From Candidatus Cloacimonadota bacterium (GTDB taxonomy: Bacteria; Cloacimonadota; Cloacimonadia; G963667145), in NCBI GenBank assembly GCA_963676515.1, contig OY781061.1, positions 1,377,777-1,441,776 of the forward strand: a stretch of 64,000 bases of DNA, given 5' to 3'. A program made the translations under genes and the position numbers. Shown here piece by piece: positions 9,373-17,942 of this stretch. Each line of letters starts with the position of its first letter. Position 1 is the first letter of the stretch. The notes beneath the pieces are model-generated. The model had not been told where the DNA came from, did not search any database, and worked only from the letters and a program-made list of their open reading frames with translations.

Positions 9373-9402
9373 ATTTACAGATGGATTTTCTCATCTGTAA
9401 AT
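9373..9402. promoter_or_regulatory. perfect 11-bp inverted repeat ATTTACAGATG-N8-CATCTGTAAAT upstream of rpsU (candidate operator or attenuator)
   Basis: Seen directly, about 80 nt upstream of the rpsU start; a TTGACC hexamer follows at 9410-9415. Confidence 0.35.
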
Positions 9403-9483
9403 AATTTCCTTGACCGATAAACCCCAACAGCTCCTTTGGTTTGTAGTAGAAAAAATACAGCAAAAAGTGGGGTGATGTTACTT

Positions 9484-9693
9484 ATGCCGATGGTTGTTAC
9501 TAAAAATAAAGAGCCGTTTGAGGTGTTGCTTCGTAAGTTTAAGAAGAAGTGTGAAATGGCGGGTGTGCTTTCCGATATTAAAAAAAATCAACGCTACGAA
9601 AAGCCTTCTGTCAAAAAACGCCGAGAAGTCAATGCAGTAAAAAGAAAACTTTTTAACAAACAACGCAAGTTGACTCGATTGAGAGGTTTTTAG
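9484..9693 (+). CDS. rpsU: 30S ribosomal protein S21
   Basis: MPMVVTKNKEPFEVLLRKFKKKCEMAGVLSDIKKNQRYEKPSVKKRREVNAVKRK... is a typical bS21. The internal ATG at 9484 is preferred over the ORF-track start at 9436, which lies in repeat-derived sequence. Confidence 0.9.
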   Translation: MPMVVTKNKEPFEVLLRKFKKKCEMAGVLSDIKKNQRYEKPSVKKRREVNAVKRKLFNKQRKLTRLRGF

Positions 9694-9780
9694 TTTTTTA
9701 TTGAAGCTAGGAAAAAATGAGGCAGTGTCGTATTCTGATCGTGAATTGATAAGAATTTGGCATTGCCTTTCTTTTATGGT

Positions 9781-10254
9781 ATGAATATTATAGATATTAT
9801 TTTATTGGTTTTCATTTTCGCTCTGCTGATTTATGGCTTTGTGAAAGGGTTCGTTTGCTTTTTGACCAAAGTGCTAGCGATAATAGGAACTGCCGTGCTG
9901 GGCGTGTTGTTTGGCGATATGTTTGGCATCGTCCTCAGTCGAGAGCTAGGGGTTTCTTCTTTAGTTGGTAGGCTGATTTCTTATGTGCTAATTTTCTTGG
10001 CGGTGGTTATTTTGCTCAAGGTGTTCAGCGTTTATATACATAAAGGTCTGAATTTTTTGGATTTAGGAATATATGATAGAGCTTTGGGTGCGATGTTTAT
10101 TGTGCTTCTATTTTTAGGATTGGTTGCTTTGATTTTCGTAGGCTTCAAGCTCTTTTTCGATTACAATCTGCTACAGAATCAAGCTGTGTCTTCTTCTCGG
10201 ATACTGGGGTCGCTTTTTGGCATAATGCAAAAATTTTACCCTGGAGTGTTATGA
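9781..10254 (+). CDS. cvpA: CvpA (colicin V production) family membrane protein
   Basis: MNIIDIILLVFIFALLIYGFVKG...: CvpA-like N-terminus and 4 TM helices; ATG 9781 chosen over upstream TTG 9757. Confidence 0.75.
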   Translation: MNIIDIILLVFIFALLIYGFVKGFVCFLTKVLAIIGTAVLGVLFGDMFGIVLSRELGVSSLVGRLISYVLIFLAVVILLKVFSVYIHKGLNFLDLGIYDRALGAMFIVLLFLGLVALIFVGFKLFFDYNLLQNQAVSSSRILGSLFGIMQKFYPGVL

Positions 10255-10277
10255 CAGAGCTACGATCACGAGTTTAG

Positions 10278-10982
10278 ATGTTGACCTCAAAAAAAAAGAT
10301 TTATGTTTTGGACGATGAGCCAGATATCTTGGAGTTGATAAAGGCTAGTCTTTCAGATCCCAATCTGGACATAGAGATTTTTTCCGATTATCGCCTTTTC
10401 GAAGACGCAGTGATAGCCAAGCTCCCCGATTTAGTTCTTCTTGATTTAATGTTGCCTGGTAAAGATGGACTGGAAATTTGCAAAGATCTGAAGAAAGGTT
10501 TTCCACATCTTGTAGTGCTAATGCTCACCGCCAGAGGCGACATTACGGACAAAGTGCTAGGATTGGAATTGGGAGCGGACGACTATATTACCAAACCTTT
10601 TCATCCTAGGGAGCTTTTGGCTCGAGTGAGAGCTTTCTTGCGAAGAGAGACTCTCCGCTATGATGACACCGACGGGCAAATTGCAGGTGAGGAAAAGCGA
10701 AAATTAGGGGAAGTGATAGTTATCGATTTTGACGCTCATCTGGTGTGGGAAAACGCAAAAAAGGTTATTCTTACTTTTGCGGAGTTTTCTATCTTAAATC
10801 TGCTTTCTACCAAATTGGGAGTGGTGTATTCTCGCCAGAAGATACTCGATTTTGTTTGGGGACAAGACAAAGTTGTGACCGATCGTAGCGTGGATGTGCA
10901 TATTGCCAAGTTGCGGAGCAAGCTGCAAAGTATTAAAATTTCTGGAGTTCGCTCTGTGGGATATAAATTGGAGCTGAGATGA
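10278..10982 (+). CDS. OmpR/PhoB-family response regulator (receiver plus winged-helix DNA-binding domain)
   Basis: Receiver motifs (VLDDEPD, D...LMLPGKDG, LMLTARG); C-terminal trans_reg_C (VDVHIAKLRSKL). Confidence 0.9.
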   Translation: MLTSKKKIYVLDDEPDILELIKASLSDPNLDIEIFSDYRLFEDAVIAKLPDLVLLDLMLPGKDGLEICKDLKKGFPHLVVLMLTARGDITDKVLGLELGADDYITKPFHPRELLARVRAFLRRETLRYDDTDGQIAGEEKRKLGEVIVIDFDAHLVWENAKKVILTFAEFSILNLLSTKLGVVYSRQKILDFVWGQDKVVTDRSVDVHIAKLRSKLQSIKISGVRSVGYKLELR

Positions 10983-12139
10983 TTTGGGTTTCGGGTTTTA
11001 CCTGCGTTGTTTTGGCGTTTGTTTGCTGGTATTTTCACAGAGAATATAGGGAATTGTTGCTAGCGGTGAAACGATTGGCATTGGATGACAAAATAGCGAA
11101 CTCTCGGGCTGGTAAGGTTTGGTCTGTGTATCTGCAAGAGCTAAAAGGGCAGAGAAAAAAAGATAAGCAGTGGGCATTGCGGGAAAAGGACGACTTGCGG
11201 GGTGTGATGCAGTTTTTGCCATCGCCTGTGTGGATACAAGATGAGCAGGGGATAGTATTGCGGGGCAATGATGCTTTTTGCAAGCTTTTAGGGAAAAAAT
11301 TTGTGTCCGATTTTTATTGGAATCTCATAGATTCACCAGAACTTTTTAAGTTCGTGGACTGTTTCGATGGTGGTAAAAAAAGTACCCAAAACATCAAACT
11401 AAAAGATGGTTATTTCGTGGCTGGAGGATCGCTCCTGCCTTCGGGAGGTAAACTTTTTGTCTTGCAAGATGTAAGTCAGCTGTGCGAGCTGCAATCGCTA
11501 AAAAAAGATTTGCTCATAAATATTTCCCACGAGCTGAAGACTCCCCTGACGACGATAAGTGGGTTTTTGGAGTTGCTACCTGCCGACGACAATAAGGTGC
11601 TGACAATTTTGAAGAGGAACGCCGAGCGGCTGAAATCTTTGGTGGATGACATCTTGCAGTTGGCGACCGTAGAGTCGGCTGTGGCTTTGGAATTGGAGCA
11701 GGTGAATTTGGTGGAAGTGGTGCAAGAGAGCAAACTTCTGTTTCCCAAGAGCAAGATTCCCATTGAAACGCGTTTTTTTGCATCTACAGTGATGATAGAG
11801 GCAGACTTTTTTCGTTTGCAACAGGTGGTGGTAAATTTGCTGAGTAATGCAGTGAAATACACGAGCGAGGGGAAAATATTGATGGAGATTGGGAGATCTG
11901 ATAGCGATATCTATTTGGTAGTCAAAGATAGCGGTGTGGGCATTTCATCAGAGAATTTACCCAAAATTTTCCAGAGATTTTTCGTAGGAGATAGTTCCCG
12001 AGCTAAGACGGTGGACAACACAGGTTTGGGTTTGGCGATAGTAAAAAGCATCGTGGAAAAGCACGGCTGGAGCATAGCGGTGGATAGCCAAAAGGGAGTG
12101 GGCACAGAAGTGAAAGTGGTAATCCCTACAGCAAGATGA
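10979..12139 (+). CDS. sensor histidine kinase (N-terminal TM, PAS-like domain, HisKA, HATPase_c)
   Basis: H-box ISHELKTPLTTISGF; N, G1 and G2 boxes (LLSNAVKYT, DSGVGI, GLGLAIVK); ATGA overlap with the response regulator. Confidence 0.9.
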   Translation: MIWVSGFTCVVLAFVCWYFHREYRELLLAVKRLALDDKIANSRAGKVWSVYLQELKGQRKKDKQWALREKDDLRGVMQFLPSPVWIQDEQGIVLRGNDAFCKLLGKKFVSDFYWNLIDSPELFKFVDCFDGGKKSTQNIKLKDGYFVAGGSLLPSGGKLFVLQDVSQLCELQSLKKDLLINISHELKTPLTTISGFLELLPADDNKVLTILKRNAERLKSLVDDILQLATVESAVALELEQVNLVEVVQESKLLFPKSKIPIETRFFASTVMIEADFFRLQQVVVNLLSNAVKYTSEGKILMEIGRSDSDIYLVVKDSGVGISSENLPKIFQRFFVGDSSRAKTVDNTGLGLAIVKSIVEKHGWSIAVDSQKGVGTEVKVVIPTAR

Positions 12140-12639
12140 AAAGTGAGAAGATAGAAAATTATTTGCCTTTGATCAGAGGTGTGATAAAGCGTTACGCACT
12201 GGACGGTCGATATTTACAGGAAGATTTGGAGCAAGAGGGTTTTCTGGGAATCTTGGAAGCACAAAAAAGATTTGACTCCAGCAAAGGAGTAAAGTTTTCT
12301 ACTTACGCTTATTTCTGGGTAAAAAAGAGAGTTTTGGCTTATCTAGGCAAGGAGTTAGACCAGCAGAGCGAAAGTTTGACGGAGAAACTTCTAAGCAAAG
12401 TGAGTGCACCTACTGCTGACTGTCAGCCAGATTGCCGTGCAGATTGTGGAGAGGAAAGCAGCTTGCTTTCTCACATACCTGAGGATATGCCAGCTATGGA
12501 ACAAGAGGTGCTAGAGCTGTTTTTTTGCGAGAAGTTGGAACTGAATGAGATAGCCACCAAACTTGGTTTTAGCAGGGAAAAGGTGCGACGGCTGAAGTTT
12601 AAAGCTCTGAGGCGGATCAAAGCGGCTTCTCTTTTTTAA
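12136..12639 (+). CDS. minimal sigma-70 family sigma factor (regions 2 and 4 only) with Cys-rich linker
   Basis: Region 2.x FLGILEAQKRFDSSKGVKFSTYAYFWVKKRV matches the sigma70_r2 signature; region 4 HTH LNEIATKLGFSREKVRRLKFKALRRI; linker DCQPDCRADCGEE; ATGA overlap with the kinase stop. Confidence 0.75.
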   Translation: MKSEKIENYLPLIRGVIKRYALDGRYLQEDLEQEGFLGILEAQKRFDSSKGVKFSTYAYFWVKKRVLAYLGKELDQQSESLTEKLLSKVSAPTADCQPDCRADCGEESSLLSHIPEDMPAMEQEVLELFFCEKLELNEIATKLGFSREKVRRLKFKALRRIKAASLF

Positions 12640-12784
12640 AGATTTATATATGGTTGCTAATTTTTTATAGCTCAGATTAAAAGATGCATTTTTTTTACAT
12701 TTCCCTAAAAATAATTTGACACGAAAACTGTAAAAAATTCTCTAAATTGACTTAGCAAGAGATTTTTTATTTAGTCATTGCTAT

Positions 12785-12860
12785 GGGGCATTAGCTCAGT
12801 TGGTAGAGCACTACACTGGCAGTGTAGGGGTCAGCGGTTCAAGTCCGCTATGCTCCACCA
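12785..12860 (+). tRNA. tRNA-Ala (anticodon GGC)
   Basis: GGGGCATTAGCTCAGTTGGTAGAGCACTACACTGGCAGTGTAGGGGTCAGCGGTTCAAGTCCGCTATGCTCCACCA; G3:U70; anticodon loop CTGGCAG. Confidence 0.9.
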
Positions 12861-12865
12861 TTTTT

Positions 12866-12907
12866 TGAAATCGTTTTTTCGCTTTTCGTGAAGAAACGAT
12901 TTTTTCT
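12866..12907 (+). terminator. terminator-like hairpin plus T-run after tRNA-Ala
   Basis: gaaatcgttt...aaacgatttttt: ~10-bp stem with T-tract. Confidence 0.4.
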
Positions 12908-12986
12908 TGACTTTATTTTCTTTCTTGGTTTTTTGCCAGTATTAGTTTTTTCATATGTAAAACATTTTTTCTAAGGAGCTTACCTG

Positions 12987-14249
12987 ATGATAAAGATTTT
13001 GGACAGTCAAAGTTTACCGAATAATTTCTATACCCCTTTGGATTATACAGATGGTGAAATCGTGCAAAAAATCTTGGACGAGATAAAAAGAGATGGCGAT
13101 AAAGCGGTGCGTTTTTACACCAAGAAGTTTGATGGTGTAGATTTGTCTGCATTTTTGGTGGATGCCAAAAAGATAAAAGAAGCCTACTCTTTGCTGAAAC
13201 CAGAAGAGGTAGAGGCTATCAAATACGCCAAGGGAAACCTAGAGAGGTTTGCTAAGGCACAACTAGCACAGGCAAAAGATTTTGAGATGGAGACTGAAGA
13301 GGGTGTGTGGTGTGGGCAAAAAGTGGTGCCTATCGAGAAGGTGTGTGTGTATGCTCCGGGTGGTAACTTTCCTTTGCCGTCTTCGGTGCTGATGGGTGCT
13401 GTGCCAGCGAAAGTGGCTGGGTGTCGGTCTGTAGTGCTCACTTCTCCGCCTAGTTACCATGGTGAGGTGCATCCAGCGGTGCTGGTGGCTGCAGATGTGG
13501 CAGGAGTCGATTTGGTGTATGCTCTGGGCGGTGTGCAGGCTATCGGTGCTTTTGCCTTTGGTACTGCCTCTATTCCCCGAGTGGATCTGATAGTAGGTCC
13601 TGGGAACAAATATGTGACACTGGCGAAGAAAAATGTGTATGGTGTCGTGGGTATCGACTTTGTGGCTGGTCCATCGGAGGTGATGATTATTGCCGATAAA
13701 GAGGCTCGAGCCGACTACATAGCAGCGGATATGCTGGCTCAGGCGGAGCATGACCTGCATGCGAGTGCTTTTTTATTGACGGACAGTAGAGAGCTGGCTA
13801 ATAAGGTGCAAGTGGAGCTGGAAGAGCAACTGAAGGGATTGAAGACCAAAGAGATAGCCAGAGAGTCTATCGACGACAATAGCTATATAGTGCTTTGCGA
13901 TGACCTAGAGCAAGCTGTGCAAATCTCCAACGCTAAAGCTCCAGAGCACTTGGAGTTGCAGACAGTGGACAACGATAAGCTGATACCGAGATTGAGCAAT
14001 TACGGGTCGCTCTTTATCGGAGAGAAGTCTGTGGAAGCACTGGGCGATTACTCTGCGGGTGTAAACCACACTTTGCCTACTGGCTTGGCTGCTCGTTACA
14101 CAGCGGGGCTTTCGGTAAATAATTTTATCAAGAAGCAGACAACTCTGCGGGTGGAAAAAAGCGGCAAAGCGACAGAAATTGCCAAGATTTTTGCCCAGAT
14201 GGAAGGTCTGGACGCTCACAGTAAATCTGCAGGGAAACGACTGAGCTAG
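12987..14249 (+). CDS. hisD: histidinol dehydrogenase
   Basis: 420 aa; motifs VYAPGG, GPGNKYV, AQAEHD, GDY.AG.NHTLPT. Confidence 0.9.
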   Translation: MIKILDSQSLPNNFYTPLDYTDGEIVQKILDEIKRDGDKAVRFYTKKFDGVDLSAFLVDAKKIKEAYSLLKPEEVEAIKYAKGNLERFAKAQLAQAKDFEMETEEGVWCGQKVVPIEKVCVYAPGGNFPLPSSVLMGAVPAKVAGCRSVVLTSPPSYHGEVHPAVLVAADVAGVDLVYALGGVQAIGAFAFGTASIPRVDLIVGPGNKYVTLAKKNVYGVVGIDFVAGPSEVMIIADKEARADYIAADMLAQAEHDLHASAFLLTDSRELANKVQVELEEQLKGLKTKEIARESIDDNSYIVLCDDLEQAVQISNAKAPEHLELQTVDNDKLIPRLSNYGSLFIGEKSVEALGDYSAGVNHTLPTGLAARYTAGLSVNNFIKKQTTLRVEKSGKATEIAKIFAQMEGLDAHSKSAGKRLS

Positions 14250-14306
14250 AGCAAATTAGAGATTTTATTTTTTTAAAGGGAAAATAAGGTAAATAAGGAG
14301 GTATAT

Positions 14307-16010
14307 ATGACTGCTGTAATAGTAATAGTAAGTCTAGTACTGTATGTTCTGCTGTACAAAGTGTACGGCAGCAAATTGGCGAGGATGGTGAAAGCCAGTG
14401 ATGACAATGAGGCTCCGTCTTCGAGGCTCAGAGATGATGTGGATTATGTTCCTGCAAAGTCTTCTGTGCTTTTTGGACACCATTTCGCATCTATCGCGGG
14501 GGCTGCTCCGATTATTGGGCCAGTCTTGGCTCTGGCTTGGGGTTGGATGCCAGCTTTGTTGTGGATCTGGTTTGGCAATATCTTCATCGGGGCTGTGCAC
14601 GATTACTTGGCGATAATGTCTTCAGTGCGTTACGATGGCAAATCTTGTCAATTTGTGGCTGCTGATGTGATAGGAGCTCGTACTAGCAGGATTTTTTATT
14701 GGTTAGTGTTTTTTATGATTATCTTGGTGATAGCCGCTTTTGGTGCTGTGGTCGGAGGGATGTATGTCGCTCAGCCAGCTGTTGCTTCTTCTTATATTCT
14801 CAAGCTGATTGCCGCTCTTATCTTGGGGCACTTGATGTATAAGGTGAAGATGAATTTCCACTTGGCTACGGCAATAGGCATCGTTCTTCTGATTTTTGCT
14901 ATTATCGGTGGAACTTGGATGCCCATCGAACTTGGCTGGGGCACTTGGATGATTATCATCGGTGTGTACATTGTGGTGGCGTCTTCTGTACCAGTGAATA
15001 TTTTGCTGCAACCAAGGGATTATCTGAACTCTTGGCTTCTGTATTTTGGATTGTTGATAGGTCTTGTTGCTGCTGTGTTTAGCTTTTCGGGCTTTACAGC
15101 TCCAGCTTTTACTTCTTTTGCACCGATTATCTCTGGTGGCAAACCTACGCCTTTTTGGCCAGCGATTGTTTTGATTATCGCTTGTGGCTCTTTGTCGGGC
15201 TTTCATGCGTTGGTGGGCTCTGGTACTACTTCCAAGCAAGTTGCCAAAGAAAGTGATGTGCTGACTATCGGTTACGGATCTATGCTTACGGAAGGATTTT
15301 TGTCTACGGTAGTGTTGGTTTCAGTGGCTGGTTTTTCTTTCGGAATTTTGCAAGACGCTGGCACAGGGATCACCTTAGAAAATTGGGGAACAAACTACAC
15401 CGCTGCGATGATGGGAACTTTCCCTAAAGCTTCGATGTTTGTAGAATCTTATGCCAAGATGGTGGGTTCTACTTTCTTGAAAATAATTCCAGTGCAATTT
15501 GTGAAAGTGATAGCTGGAATGTGGGTTGCATCGTTTGCTATGACCACCTTGGACACCACTAATCGCTTGGGACGATACGCTATTTGCGAAGTTTGTGCTC
15601 CGCTCAAAGAAAGTTCGTCTACCTTGTACAATGTCTTGACTAACAAATGGATAGCTTCTTCTATCCCAGCTTTGATTGGAATGCTTTTGGCGTACACGAA
15701 AAGTTTTACCGTGCTTTGGCCTTCGTTTAGCACAGCCAATCAGCTCATAGCATCGATTACACTTTTCACGAGTGTAGCGTGGTTGCAAAAGAGGATGAAA
15801 GTGAAAAACCTGAACATCGTGCTGATTCCTGCTTATCTTTTGTGGATTACGGTTACAGCGGCGATCTTGTGGTTTAGTTTTGTGGTGCTTCCGGGTACTA
15901 TTGCTGTTAAACCTATCACAGGCTATACTGTGATGAGCATCGAGGTGATTATGATTGTTCTCAACTTTATTTTCTTCTACGATTTTATGAAAACGAGAAA
16001 GAATGCGTAA
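14307..16010 (+). CDS. cstA: carbon starvation protein CstA family transporter
   Basis: 567 aa polytopic protein; N-terminal region SVLFGHHFASIAGAAPIIGPVLALAWGWMPALLWIWFGNIFIGAVHDY is CstA-specific. Confidence 0.85.
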   Translation: MTAVIVIVSLVLYVLLYKVYGSKLARMVKASDDNEAPSSRLRDDVDYVPAKSSVLFGHHFASIAGAAPIIGPVLALAWGWMPALLWIWFGNIFIGAVHDYLAIMSSVRYDGKSCQFVAADVIGARTSRIFYWLVFFMIILVIAAFGAVVGGMYVAQPAVASSYILKLIAALILGHLMYKVKMNFHLATAIGIVLLIFAIIGGTWMPIELGWGTWMIIIGVYIVVASSVPVNILLQPRDYLNSWLLYFGLLIGLVAAVFSFSGFTAPAFTSFAPIISGGKPTPFWPAIVLIIACGSLSGFHALVGSGTTSKQVAKESDVLTIGYGSMLTEGFLSTVVLVSVAGFSFGILQDAGTGITLENWGTNYTAAMMGTFPKASMFVESYAKMVGSTFLKIIPVQFVKVIAGMWVASFAMTTLDTTNRLGRYAICEVCAPLKESSSTLYNVLTNKWIASSIPALIGMLLAYTKSFTVLWPSFSTANQLIASITLFTSVAWLQKRMKVKNLNIVLIPAYLLWITVTAAILWFSFVVLPGTIAVKPITGYTVMSIEVIMIVLNFIFFYDFMKTRKNA

Positions 16011-16046
16011 TTATCTAAGAAGTAAATTGAACCAAAAGGAAATTAC

Positions 16047-16316
16047 TTGAAGTTTGATTTTTTAAAAAGGGCATGGGAAACAGTGGAAACTGTGCATCGT
16101 GGCAAGGCGGTAGAAGCTTTGCAAGGCGAGCTGATGGAGATGGAAAATATGTTTTGTCTTTTGTCAATGAGCAGTCTACTTGGTTTTCCCATGCCTATGT
16201 TTTATCACAGCTTGGAGTATCTGCAGGATATGGAGCAAGAGTGGCAGAGGTTCTTTCTTAAGGCTCAAAGGGCGGACGATATGCTGGCGACCATAGCGGC
16301 GATGAGCGAACTGTGA
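16047..16316 (+). CDS. hypothetical small protein (89 aa), translationally coupled to the ArsA-like gene
   Basis: ORF track; stop overlaps the downstream start (GTGA). Confidence 0.45.
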   Translation: MKFDFLKRAWETVETVHRGKAVEALQGELMEMENMFCLLSMSSLLGFPMPMFYHSLEYLQDMEQEWQRFFLKAQRADDMLATIAAMSEL

Positions 16317-17221
16317 AGCTGATGACCTTGCTTGGCAAAGGGGGCGTGGGTAAATCCACTTGTTCTTCGGCTTTGGCTAGTCAGCTGGCGGGTAGGGGAG
16401 ACAAGACACTTTTAGCATCTTTCGATCCCGCTCATAATTTGGGAGACATTTTTGGTTGCAAATTTGGTGGTAAGATTAAGAAATTTTCCGCTAACTTGGA
16501 TGTTTTGGAGGTGGATACGCAAAAAGCTGCTGACAAATATATCGCTAAAACCAAAGATTTAATTAAGCAAGTTTATTCCTATAACACTGCCTATAATGTA
16601 GACAACTATTTCAAACTGTTTCGCTATCTACCGGGGATACAGGAATATGCATCGCTTACGGCTTTGCTAGATTTATTGCAAGGGAACGGCGAAAAATACG
16701 AGAACATCGTGCTAGATACACCGCCCACGGGGCTTGCTTTACAGATTTTGGCGTTGTCGTCTATTTCCCTAAAATGGCTACGGCAGCTAAAAATTTTGCG
16801 AGCGAAGATTTTGGATAGGAGGCACGCTATCGCTTCTATCAACGACAGGGTGAACGAACTTCGCTGTAAGCAGGCGATGAAAAGCGACAGAGTGTTATTG
16901 AAAATAAAGAAGATGATCGCTGATTATAGCTGGTTAGAAGATTTGCTCAAAAGTGACCAAAGTCATTGTGGTATCGTAATTAATCTGGATTTGCTCTCTG
17001 GAAAAGAGTCGCTGAGGATAAAAAAGAGCCTTAAAGATATTGGCATACCGTTGCGGTTTGTACTGATAAACAAAGTGGTCGCAGGTAGCAGCGACAAGAT
17101 TGCCCAAATAAAAAAAAGTTTGGCAGAAAAAGACACTGTCTGCATAGAGGTAGCAAATAATTCTAAATATTATGATTTTGCTGAAGATTTAACAAAAATT
17201 TTACCGAAAAAGAGAGATTAA
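16313..17221 (+). CDS. ArsA/GET3-family P-loop ATPase (single-domain)
   Basis: GKGGVGKST P-loop followed by the ArsA/Get3 signature DPAHNLGD; ~300 aa. The start may be GTG 16313 or ATG 16322. Confidence 0.8.
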   Translation: MKLMTLLGKGGVGKSTCSSALASQLAGRGDKTLLASFDPAHNLGDIFGCKFGGKIKKFSANLDVLEVDTQKAADKYIAKTKDLIKQVYSYNTAYNVDNYFKLFRYLPGIQEYASLTALLDLLQGNGEKYENIVLDTPPTGLALQILALSSISLKWLRQLKILRAKILDRRHAIASINDRVNELRCKQAMKSDRVLLKIKKMIADYSWLEDLLKSDQSHCGIVINLDLLSGKESLRIKKSLKDIGIPLRFVLINKVVAGSSDKIAQIKKSLAEKDTVCIEVANNSKYYDFAEDLTKILPKKRD

Positions 17222-17222
17222 A

Positions 17223-17846
17223 ATGGAACAAAATCCGCTTTTCTATTTATTTGTAGTGCTGACTTTTGCGTTGGCTTTCGCTTATTTTTTAGGAGCTAGA
17301 CGCAACAAAAAAATGTCCCGAGTGATTTTCCGCATATTGGAAGATGTGCTGCAGCCTGCTAAGAAGGGTTACACCAACATTGGTGGCTTGATAGGTTACA
17401 ACTTCAACTATTTCAAGTTGAAAGCCAAGAGGATTTCTCACATCAACGGAGTGCTGACGATGCTCCCGAGGCAGTCGCCTCTTTACTTGCCGATTGCGAA
17501 GATTTTGGGGCGGAGCGACAAGCTGTATATGACAATTTTTGCGAGTAATGTTCAGGAAAGTGGCACTTGGCATATTGTGCATAGTAAATGCAAAGAAAGT
17601 ATAAATACGGGTGGATTGCCACACAAAAAATTCTCTGCAGCTAAGGGAAATTTCGAGATTTTTTGTCAAAATGAGGAAGATTTTGCGATGCTGGAACGGT
17701 ATGTCGCTCAGGCTCAGCCCAAGTATCTTCGTCATATGGCGTATCATCCGCAGGATAAGTCTTTTGCAATGTATTGGCTTCCAGGTAATTTTTGGGCAGA
17801 GATAAAGGAAAGTTACGCTTTTATCTGCGAGTTTGTGAATAGATAA
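17223..17846 (+). CDS. hypothetical protein with N-terminal TM anchor (207 aa)
   Basis: ORF track; begins 1 nt after the ArsA-like stop; no recognisable motifs. Confidence 0.5.
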   Translation: MEQNPLFYLFVVLTFALAFAYFLGARRNKKMSRVIFRILEDVLQPAKKGYTNIGGLIGYNFNYFKLKAKRISHINGVLTMLPRQSPLYLPIAKILGRSDKLYMTIFASNVQESGTWHIVHSKCKESINTGGLPHKKFSAAKGNFEIFCQNEEDFAMLERYVAQAQPKYLRHMAYHPQDKSFAMYWLPGNFWAEIKESYAFICEFVNR

Positions 17847-17942
17847 AATTTAATCCTCGGTTCATTTTTTTATATTTTACAAAAAAATTTTGACAATCTG
17901 CAATATTCAAAAAAACATCGCAAAAATTGTAAAGGACTGAAT

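Noticed and set aside
8007-9404. Cluster of 60-112 aa ORFs on both strands (recurrent 'FPRKRESI/G' and 'RESGNPFS' peptides)
   Set aside because: Their conserved peptides are frame translations of the TTCCCGC-loop-GCGGGAA hairpin in either orientation; they overlap in all frames and have no start context.
9436-9483. ORF-track start of rpsU at 9436 (extra 16 aa MVCSRKNTAKSGVMLL)
   Set aside because: The bS21 family begins at the internal MPMVV; the upstream extension lacks an RBS.
12700-12784. Sigma-70 promoter upstream of tRNA-Ala (TTGACA at 12716, TTGACT at 12751)
   Set aside because: No convincing -10 hexamer at 16-18 bp spacing from either -35 candidate, so the call is too uncertain to list.
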